Shown here: positions 23,856-34,569 of the stretch, in pieces | Layout of the letters: the number at the start of each line of letters is the position of its first letter | How positions within the stretch are numbered: position 1 is the first letter of the stretch | Assembly: GCA_050084515.1 (NCBI GenBank) | Contig: CM114271.1 | Span: forward strand, 18,476,001 to 18,540,000 | DNA from: Blasia pusilla | Taxonomy: Eukaryota | Length of the DNA stretch: 64,000 nucleotides | Direction of reading: 5' to 3' | Position numbers and translations under genes: made by a program | Notes under the pieces: model-generated | The model's database searches: none | What the model saw: only the letters and a program-made list of their open reading frames with translations | Told to the model about the DNA's origin: nothing

Positions 23856-26620
23856 TTGGTCGATAACAACCTCCTCGAATAGTCACGTACCTCAATGTAT
23901 CCCAATGTTGCGCGATCGCCAAGTTCTCAAACGCCATGGGCATCACTCTCCGAAACAACTCAACCCTATGAGAACATGCTTGCATCTATACATCAGGTTC
24001 AACACCTCACCAACATCTCGACGAATGGTCGGAGGTAAATCCGACTCTCGGCCATAAAGTAGCAAGTATAGTGAGAGAGATGCTAAGGTTGCCTACCTGC
24101 TAAATGTGTATCCCATTGGCAACCCTGGCAATTGGAGGTCCCAATCTCCTAAGTGACTTGTCTCCAAGCCATTCTTGCGTTATCCTCTCTGCATTATCTC
24201 CACAACCCTCTCTGCTAGTCCGTGTGCCTCTGGATGCTCTCGCGAAATGGTGCGGTGGTTGATCAGCGCCTGATCACACAGGGCAAGAAATTGTTTGCGA
24301 AACTCTGTAACTTGGTCTGTCAACACCTCGATTGGTAGGCCATAGTGACTCAACATTCGATCTAGGAAGGCATACGCTACTCCCTCACTCGCTCTGTCAA
24401 GCAATACAACCAACTCTATCTAGTTTGAGAAGTGCTTGACCATCACCAACATATACGGACTATGGCGCTCCGTCAAAGGTAAAGGTCATACAAAATCCAA
24501 ACTCCATGTATATCCTAAATCCATGATCGAAAGTGGATGCAACTATGGAGTCAGAGCATTGAACAATGATTTCACCCGATCACACACCATGCACTTGGCA
24601 ACAAAGTGTTGAACGTGAGTCACCATGCCTCGCCATGAATTTTTTATATAGAGCAAGTTGTACGTCTGCTTCACTCCAAAATGACCCAACTTCTTGTGAG
24701 GATGACGTACCAAAGGTGCTCTCTGCGAAGCATGATGCACTACACAAACTCTACCATCCTCCCAAACTCGAATCACATATGTCTCCTCGCATCGGAAGTG
24801 TCTCGCTGGTTGTAGGATCCGATCCCGCTTTCTAGCATCCATTTTGCCTTACGACGCTGCTAGTACGCATGTACTCCAAGACTACTCCTTTGTTATGGAT
24901 ATCTCGGCCACATGTCGTCTCCTCACCGGCCTCTTGATATAGGGACTCTCCATGAGATCTCACCATGGAAGTCTTAGCAATATGGCTCTCCATAGCCAAC
25001 AAGCCCAAATAGGATGACGCGTGCCATTTTGGCACCAACTCCTCGTCACTCTCACCATGCCAACGAACTCCAATCGCATCTCGCTGACTAGGGCATGGGT
25101 TATGGCTCAAACCATGTGCATCTTGGTTGAGCATCCCACATCTATGTACCACTTGGAAGTCATACTCCTGCAATAAAAGGCTCCAGCTTGCAAGCTTCCT
25201 AGTAAACTTGTTGGACTCTATCAACCACTTAAATGGCTGGTCATCAATTGCTGAATAGATAAGACGTTAAATGCGCGATAGCCCACACTACAACCAAGAA
25301 ATCACCCTCATATGAGCTACATTTTGCCCCTACATCGTTGTTCAGGCGATTAGCGTAAGCCACCACAAACTCTCTACCCTCATTGTCATGATGGGTGAGC
25401 ACGGCTCCAACAGCCAACATGCTCCAATCAGTATGCAATTGGAAAGGACGCCCCCCTGATCAGTCTCCTCAATATGGGCGCAAATATCAATATGTCCTTG
25501 AGCAACTGAATTGCTTTCTCTTGCTCATCCCCAAATGCCACTTGTGATCCACCTTGGTTAGAAAGGTTAGCGACTTTGCAATTGAAGTGAAATCCTTGAC
25601 GTAATGTTGATAGAAGTTCTCCGATCCCATGAATGCACGAACTCGACTCTCATCTGTGGGGCGTGGAATGCATGAAATAGCCTCTACCTCTGTCTGTTAC
25701 ACACCTAGGTCACCCAGGTATATGGTATGACCGAGGTACTCAATCAATTTGTAGAAGAACTTGTACTTGCCTGGTTGTAGCTTCATCCCTAGTAACTACC
25801 ATTGTCGAAATATCTCTTCTAAATGTTGCTCATGCTCCTCAATCGTGGCGCTAAAGACTAGGATGTCATCAATAACAACTTGCAATATCTAGACCTGCCA
25901 AGATCCTATCCATGACCCTTTGAAACTCAGCCAAGGTGTTCTTTAACCCAAACAATAAGAATCGCCACTGGTACAAGCAATCCTTCCTGTGAGGATCGAT
26001 GCCCCAAAATACCGTCTTTTGCCTGTCCTCCAATCTGATAGGCAATTGATGGTACGCGGCTCCAAGATCGAATAAATTGAAGAGCTTTGCATGCCAAATA
26101 GCATCAAAGATCTCCTGAGGGATGGGCATGGCATACCTATCAGACTTTGTCTACCGATTGATAGGTCGATAATCTGCACATATCCGCATATGCGTCCTGT
26201 TGCCATGCACATCCTTCTTTATGACCATGATAGTGGCAGATGCATACTCTCCATGCAACATCTCCACAAGTCTTGCTCCAACCAAGTATTGGTTCCTACT
26301 CTGAATCAGAGGCCTCTCCATGTCACTATACCTGTAGGGTTGTCGGAAGATTGGCGTGTCGCTCAACAACTCAAATGTTGATCCCTTGACCCTTCAGCGT
26401 ACCCAAATCATGCATACGAAATGAAAAACAACTCCTATAGCTCTTAAGGAAGTGATGTATACAACACCGCTCTCCTCCTGTAAACTTTAGGGCCCATATT
26501 AGGCTCCCTAGTCTCCATCGTGACTACGGTAAGACTCTCAGAAGTGGATGTTGGTGGTTGCTTTGGTGCAACCTTGACTCAGACAGCAAAACTCGGTTGC
26601 TTCCCTGCAACCATTGACTG
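23856..26620 (-). mobile_element. Decayed Ty3/gypsy pol (RT-RNaseH-integrase) of the DNMT-carrying family
   Basis: PIFRQPYRYS, RICADYRPIN, DLGAAYHQLPI..KTVFW..FGLKN..AEFQRVMD..CY*DD, HTDWS..VGAVL..VVAYA, KLASWSLLLQEYDFQVVHR, LGHFGVKQTY..CMVCDR, EVLTDQ..HPEAHGLAER. Collinear with 35080-36550. Confidence 0.9.
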
Positions 26621-29600
26621 TCACAAGTTTCCTTGTGTTGAATGGAAGACATTGGTTCTATAAGGCTCAAGTCAACACGGATTGGAAGAGACAAAGATTC
26701 ACCTTCCAAGCACCATACAATACTCCAAAGAAGCTCGTGAAGTTGTCTTGGAAGTCTCGGCCTTCACAAGGTGAGACCCCCGCCACGGATGAGGGGTACA
26801 CTTCGGACCAAGGCTCGGCGGCCGACAGAGAGTCCTCATCTTATGTTTGCTATCTGGAATGTTATGAGATAGATGACAAGTTCTTACACCTAGAACAGAG
26901 TAAGTCCTTCCATGGAGAAGAGCGAGCCGGGCTCACTACATATCAGTTTACTAAGAAGATGGTGCAAGTAAAAGACTACGAAGAAGTCTCTATCAGTGAC
27001 ACCAAGGCTTTGCATCTATCCACACATTTGTCTACTTCTGAACTTTCACAATATAAGACCTTACTTGCAAAGTACCGTGATGTGTTTGCTTACACATTGG
27101 ATGAGATGAAGGGAGTGCCAGCCAGGTATTGGGAACATAGGATTGATCTTAAGCTCGAGGTCGTTCTTGTAAGAATGCGTCTATACAGGCTGAATCCCAA
27201 GAATCATTTAATGGTTAAGGATGAGATTGACCAGCGGCTGGAAGCACGAGTCATGTCTCATGAGCTGAGAAGTGAATGGGTGTCCCCCATTGTCATTGTA
27301 TTGAATTAGTAGTCGGGAAAGATCAAGGTTTGTCAAGACTACCGGAAGGATCAGGGTTTGTCAAGGCCACCATGAAGGATCATCACGTACTGCCATTTAC
27401 TAATACTATTTTGGATAAAGTGGTCGATCGTGAGCGCTTTACCTTTTTGGATGGATATTGAGGTTACAATCAAGTGTCCATTAGAGAGAAGGACCAGGCC
27501 CTGACTACTTCACTACGAATTGGGGCACTTTTGCCTATCGAGTTATACCTTTTGGGATTTGCAACGCACCTTCCACCTTTCAAAGAATAATGATTTCTAT
27601 CTTTTAGGAATACGTACGAAGATTCATAGAGATCTTCTTGGATGACTTTTGTGGCTTTAGTTTTGAAGCCGAGCATTTACAGAAGTTTGAGCTAACCTAA
27701 GCTTGGTGCAGAGAAGTACAATTGTCTTTGCATCCGGAGAAATCTTACATTGTAATGAGGCAAGGTATCTTGTTGGGGCTTCGAGTATCCTTGCGAAGTA
27801 TCGAGGTGGATAAGGCTAAGGTGTAGATAATTCCGGAGTTGGAAGCCCCCATGAGTCTTCATGAGCTAAGGGGATTCCTGGGACATGCGGGGTATTACCG
27901 CAGGTTCATTAAAGATAATACAATAAAGGCAAAGTCTTTGACTACCCTATTGAAGAAGACAACGGAGTGGGAGTGGACTCCAACTTATCAAGCAACATTT
28001 GAGGAATTGAAGCAGGATTATTGACGGCTCCTCTGCTTCACCCTCCTGATTGGACAAAGACGTGCCAAGTGTATCTAGACACGTCTGCGTTTGCAAATGG
28101 AGTGGTACTAAGTCAGTTGGATGAGAAGAAGAAGGACTACCCCATCTACTATGCAAGCCGCCAACTCTTACTTGCAGAAAAAAGTACACTACCACGTAGA
28201 GAGAGGCTTTGGGGATGGTCTTCGCTTGCAAAAACGTTTTGACATTACTTGTTGGGGTACTCATTTTTCTTTCATGTTGACTATTTTGCGCTTCGGGCCT
28301 TAGTTGTCCCAGTGGATTTGTTAGGGAGGATTTCTTGGTGTCGTATTGAGAGGCTTTCTTTGAGTAAGGGTAGGCCTTCTAGCTATGGCAGACGTGGTCG
28401 ATGCAAGCTGAACTCTCTAAGAAGTTACCCTTTTTCAATGCAAAATTATTATGTATACTCTCCATTCTCTCATGACAGGTATCACAAATGGAAGTGCCGA
28501 GGGGATCACTTATTCGTAACATCGGACCTTGAATTTCCTAACTATAAAATCCCTATAAACTACTTTTCGCTTGTACACGAGGAAAATAGCACAACTAGTG
28601 TTAAACCCTACTTGATCAGGCCTATTGACGTCAATGGATCGCTATATAAATCACTATATAAGGTCATACAAAGTGCAATCCCATGTCTTTCCATATGTGA
28701 AGATAGGAAGAATCACCGGAGTTGGAGATTGCATGACCTGGTTCATGAACGCCTCCCCAAAGTGATAAACTAAATAGCGAGTGAACCAGTGCCTATCTAC
28801 AAAGAGTACCCTGACATGATAAGGATTGAGGAAAGGAAATTTGGGCAGAACTCGTGCTCCATCCCTATCCATGCTTGACAGACATTCTCTAATCTCCTCA
28901 AGAATGGGCTTTGGCAGAATTATTCTCCTAAGCGGGTTAATCCACTCTCATTGGGAAAATAACAAGCCAAAATATTCATTATTTTAGTATGACTAAACTC
29001 CTCTAAGGTGACAAGCCTCTCATCTCCACACACACTACATTCTAGAAACCATGAGTCAAGTTACTCTCCCAAGACGGATGATCCACTCTCATTGGAAGAG
29101 CAAGCAATCCAAAAGCCATACATTCAAGAATGACACGAGAGACTAAAGATATGGAATAGAATGTGATGAACCCTTGAAGGTCCCTCCTCTTTATATGCTT
29201 ACAAGAGATCCATAAGAGTATGAAATAGAACTTATCTTATCTTGTGCCACATGGCTTCCTGTCAAGGCTTAGCCAATCACATTTTGACACAAGTAAATTT
29301 CCTCTTATTTCTTCCTAAATATCCTCTTTTACCCATTTGATATTTTCCAAATTACCCTAACTACCCTAGCCACCAACAAAGACTACTTTTGCTTTTCATT
29401 AAAGCACCAACATCACTACTTTACTTTTATAAAGTAATTTTTTATTTATTACCTCTTTTCTTAAAGTTGGGCCCGCATAAAAGAGGCACCATAAAGAGGT
29501 TTAAACATGGGAATTTCCGTTTCCTAAGAAAATTTACTTAATACTAATAAAACTCTATCTAACACTTAATGAGGAAGGATTTTATACACTGGCTGATTTT

Positions 29601-31018
29601 ACTATACGACATCGGTGGATTCTATTGTAATAGGAATTCACATTTGATGTGGTAACAAGAGCGGTAAAGATCCATACCAACACGGATTTGATGTTACGCT
29701 TAAGGACGCCAAAGGTCGACCTCACGAAGACTCTTGAAGATAATTTTTCGGACGAAGATATGTTCCTAATCCATGAGGAGACTCCGCGAAGATACGCTTA
29801 TGAAGATATTTTGCATTGCCTCGTCACTTTTTGATTTCCAGCCCTCATGATAGAAGAAGAACGTGCATTGTTTCTACAGAAGGTAGGGCCTTATGAGCTC
29901 TGCTAGGAGGTGTTATTCAAGGTGGACGCAGACCAAGAATATCGTAGATGCTTAGAGAGGGAGGAAGTTCCTCGAGGGATTGCTGCTATGCATTTAGAGG
30001 ATGCAAGAGAACATTATGCAGTCAAGAATACTGTCAAGAAGATTTTGGATGCGCGCTATTGGTGGCCAACAATGTATGGGGATGTCTGGCTCTTCTTTCA
30101 GAAATGTGATGCTTGTCAAAGAGCAGGAAGGCCAATAGCGACTTCTTGCTGGCCTTTGGTTCCTATTCTTCCTTTAGCTCCTTTTGAGAAACGGGGCATT
30201 GATTTCATGGGACCTATTTCAGCAGCCATTAGGCAGACCCGACGGAAATATATCTCAATTGCTTTCAATTATTGTTCTAAGATGGTGGAAGCAATGGCTA
30301 CTCGCAAAGATGACAATGAGGTAGTGGCCAAGTTTTTATATGAGATGATAACAACCAGATGTGGGTGTCCTTTGGAATTGGTAAGCGGCTGAGGAACCCA
30401 TTTCCTCAACAAAACGGTTGAGGTGCTCACTGACCACTTCCGCATCGAGCGTAGGAAGATTACGCCCAAAGCCAATGGATTGACAGAAAAGTCCAATGGG
30501 TTTATTTTTTCCGGATCTTTAATCGCATGACTGGCACCTATCCCTATGACAAGGATACCAAGATCCCTGCAATACTTCGGGCCTACCGAATTGCGGAAAG
30601 GGTCACTACCAAGTACACACCATTCTACTTGACGTATGGGATTCAACCCCTTATTCCAATTGAATGGGATGTGCCCACCCAACGGATTTTGGAAGAAAGG
30701 AACGAAGAAGAAAACCAAAAAGAGGAACAAAGACTTGGTAGCCGTAGAGGAGACAAGACATCTTGCTCTTAGCCATACAAAGACAGTCCAAGCACAAAGA
30801 AAGAGACTTTATGAAAAGTACCTAAGACCACTGTCGATACGAGAAGGGGATTTGGTACCACTCTATGACAATTAGCGTCTGAAGTTAAACTGGATGGTAC
30901 CTTATAAAGTCTTGGAGATCTTTGAGAATGGTTCCTTACAACTAGCAACTTTGAATGGAGAAGCATTGCCGATGCGAGTGAATGGCATGCATGTCCGAAG
31001 ATATCATATGCCCAACTA
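26620..31018 (+). mobile_element. Decayed Athila/Phygy-like Ty3/gypsy pol (protease end, RT, RNaseH, integrase), interrupted by a solo LTR
   Basis: [126 protein letters not shown]. Many stops and frameshifts. Confidence 0.9.
28339..29611 (-). mobile_element. Solo LTR with 7-bp terminal inverted repeat and 4-bp TSD
   Basis: TGTCGTA...TACGACA, flanked by TTGG (28335-28338) and TCGG (29612-29615). Removing it restores the RNaseH frame GRISRWILL. Orientation is inferred from the PBS next to its relative at ~12520. Confidence 0.85.
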
Positions 31019-33179
31019 AAGGCTGTGGCAGGGGGAATAAGCACGATCGGACCTCTCCGTGCAAGGCGTGTCAAGGACCCATCTTAAAGACTCTGAAGTC
31101 TCCTAAGCAAAGACCCCCGCAGGCGTACAAAGACTCACAAGAGACAAGGCGAGGTTGTCTTGGTCTTTGCCTTCTTTGTCCTTTTCTTCTTCGTCTTCTT
31201 TGTCTTCGTCGAGCGGCTACAAATCATCACATAACAAAGCCAAATACAAACTCTGACCCCATCAATCCAAAGAGGATGACGGCGGTGGCCACAACACAAT
31301 AGGTGGCGACGGCGTTGTCAACCCTCCAATCAATGACTATCCCTCCAAACCGTCAAGTAAGCAATAGTAGAGTCAAAGGAGCAACGGTAGAACCAGATGT
31401 TAACGGTGGATGACGGACTGACCGAGCACGACAGACATAACATGGTTAGGGACAGTGAATGATGCACTCGTATAAAACCGTGTGATGAAAAAGCCATCGG
31501 AAGCACAAAAGAGGGGGACTCAAAGATCAAAACCTGAAGGCCACAAACGGCAATAAGGCACGGACCATGGAGAGACGGGCGGCAACTCAGTGATAGAACA
31601 GGGGACTCACGGGACGGACCGTAATCATCGGCCCGGATCACCTCTATCGGCGCACGCTGTGGAGCCACAAGCTGCTTTATTTGCACCAGGTCAGGGATAG
31701 GGACCGCAGGGTCGAGGGCGACGGCCCTAGGCGTAGGGGTAGGCAAGGAACGCGGCAGGCAGGCGCCGTAGTCCGCGCGGTGGAGGCCGTTGTAGCGACG
31801 CGACTCCAGGGCGGCAGCTAGAGGCACGGCTAGACACGTGGGCACGGTCGGTGGCTACCAAGATGGATAGAGGGCATTGGGAACGGCCATCCGGAAGGCG
31901 AGCGAACAGTAGGCCTGAGATAGGGAAGCTTTGGTAGTCGGAATCCGACAGGACCAGGACTCGGCGGAAGAGCGGTCGCGGCGCGGTACACAGGCTGCGG
32001 AACATTGTAGTTACGACTTCAAATGGTGACGCGGTCTATCAGGGGACGGCTGCACTCGCCTATGAGTGGACGACTGTGATTGTCTTTTGGACAATGGTGG
32101 GAAGGTAGGCAGCGACAACCACGGCCGGATGCGACTGTGGTGAGCGGGCGGAAGCTACGTGGTCCGGATCCGTCGTGAGCTCTCGACAGTGGCTCGTGCG
32201 GAAACGTAACCAGAGCAGACGGCAGACCTGGGAAGGCACCTAGACGAGGGGAAAGACCCGAACGGAGCCTGTGGAAGCCGCCGACTGCCAAAACTGTCAA
32301 AAATTGGCTCTATAGGCTCCGCCACCATAGTATCGAGGAAACCTGTGAGCAGCAATAGCGTTGTGGTCGTGGTGGAGCTGCGGTTGGCCCGGTCCCCCTC
32401 TTTTTTTTCTTGTTGCATTATTGAATCGGCCCCCTCAAATCCGAATTAATTATCTTATTCTCATCCAGACTTGGAGGTTTCCCACATCCACCTTAAATCT
32501 AGGGTCAACACTACTAAATCAACTCTTTCACCATCTTCTACCTCTAAGTGAGAGTTTCACTTGTCTAGTCCACTCAACACAAACAATTTTACTTTTCTAC
32601 TTCTCCAAGGAGGATCTCACCGTAGGAAAATTGAAATTGCTTCCACATATGGTGACTATGGCAGCCTAACAAGAGCTGTCATAACTCCCTGCTCAAACAA
32701 TGAAATTATGCAACGTTTCTTCACTAGCATACAGTGGCGTACACAGCTTCCCGATCTATGAGAGTGTCAAATCAGTTTCTTCATCTAACCTTCCAATAAA
32801 AAACTGACGTGGACTATAGACAGCTCTTCAATCTGCACTCCTATAGAAAATTGGTAGCGCATGCACGCTGATTTCTCCCGACAAAAATGGCAAACCTGTA
32901 TTCACAAGGTACTCCCCTGAGCATCGGCATGGGGCAACCCGCCCCTATACTCAATTTCTTACCAAATTTTGGCAGCGCTTGTGCCTGGCACTCTCCCACA
33001 AGAAAAATCAACAAAGGAATCAACAAAATTGAGCGGCTCTTGCTCCGATGAGGAGTCCCATTGACCGCTGAACGGTGTCGTGCGCATACATATCGCTACA
33101 CAAGATACATTGTTGGTCACATCTACACCACGCAACAACGATCTTCCCCACACACGGATAGATCCACACATGTACAAAA

Positions 33180-34192
33180 ATCAACTCATACATATACAGG
33201 AGATAGTTGTTAGAGTCCACCTAGAGTATGCAACGGATAGTGCTATGGTGTGCACATTTGCGATTACGACACCAGTTGAGTCGTACGATGTGTTGGTGGG
33301 GAGTTTAGTGTTATATCCCCTAGGATTCATCCTTGACTTCTGGGAGGAGACCGTTGCTTATCGGCTAGGGTGGCGGTCAGGTGACGGCCAATAGTCAATT
33401 ACTCGTGCAGTTTGCGAGACGAGGTGGTCGATCACGAGACGAGTGTATGACCACGTTGGTAGCTTTCACAGGTAGTGTTTGCTGGCCACGAGAGTTTTTG
33501 GAGGAGAACGCACATGCGGAGAATGTCCCTGTATCAGATAGTCCCACGGAGAGACATGCCATGGCGGGTGTCTATTCCCATGTTGGCGAGACCTCTTCAC
33601 CATTGTGGGGTACGACTCGAGATCTACAGAGGAGTGCCGACGACCAGGTGAGGCAAGCGTGGAGTCATGCCTTTATCCTCGAGCAGCAAGATTCAGGTGG
33701 CAATCGGGCCCCGGAGTGGAGACGTTGACCCCATTGGATACTGCACCCGTTGTGTGGCAGTGTCCAGAGGAGGGTGTTAGGGTGCTAGATCTCTTCAGAG
33801 GGATTACCACAAGATTGGCTGCGGTATTGCATGCGGGCTTACGGGTGCATTAGTACCTTTATGTGGAGAGAGATGAGACCGAGCGGCGAGTATCATTACG
33901 TCACGTAGGGAGATTGGTCCAGAGGTATCCTGAGTTGTTGTCGGTATCTGCAGTACGCGGATATCAACATACACTACCCGCGGACATCTCTCTAGTGGGG
34001 GCGCACGATCTGGATAGAGTTGGCACCATTCATTTGTTGATTGCTGGATGGCCATGTCAGGGTCATTCATCAGCTGGCCGAGGGTTTGGATTTTAGGATT
34101 CGAGGTCAGGGATGTTTTGGGAGATGCTCCGAGTAGTAAGACACTTGCAAGAGGGTCATACATCTTCTCCGGCGTACATTTTGGAGAACGTG
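33180..34192 (+). pseudogene. Retroelement protease C-terminus followed by C5-cytosine DNA methyltransferase motifs I-VI
   Basis: One frame from 33776: VRVLDLFRGITTRLAAVLHAG (I) ..YVERD (II) ..ADIS (III) ..LLIAGWPCQGHSSAGRG (IV; PCQ at 34052-34060) ..DSRSGMFWEMLRVV (V) ..AYILENV (VI; 34184-34192). Two in-frame TAG stops. Confidence 0.92.
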
Positions 34193-34560
34193 TCAAACCA
34201 AACCCACTCTCCTAATAAGAGGCTTGGGTTACACTCACAAGGCAAGGGACCATAGCTCCGCCGCTTTATGCCAAGGGGTTCAACAAAGAGAGAATGAGCT
34301 CTCAAGCTCTCTCTCTTGGAGGTATACCCCCTTCCCTCTCCCAAGCCCTCTCAACGGTAACCTATGCTTGTAGGTCATCTCCTTGGCTCTTGACCTGTTG
34401 TAGCGGGTCAAGGGTCACTTCCCAAAGTGGAAAGTCAAATATCCCTAATATTGAAACTTACTAGAAATAGTAAGTTTCTATCTATGGCTCCAAATGATCC
34501 GAAACGAAAGGGAAACCTACTCTCTTAGGTTTCCTGGGGCCTCAACTGGTCAGCACGGCA
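34191..34560. repeat. LTR-like dispersed repeat 'X'; other pieces at ~33076-33180, ~39010-39525, ~48055-48670, possibly 63664-63749
   Basis: TGTCAAACCAAACCCACTCTCCTAAT.AGAGG... is shared at 34191, 39082 and 48251. The family appears to end in TGTCGTGCGC (33076) and CGTGACA (39525), like the LTR at 58723-59773. Confidence 0.75.
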
Positions 34561-34569
34561 TACATCTCT

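Noticed and set aside
33776-34192. Host DRM/Dnmt3 gene or bacterial contamination as the source of the DNMT motifs
   Set aside because: It is contiguous with a retroviral-type protease, lacks introns and host regulatory domains, and occurs as several decayed copies among plant TEs.
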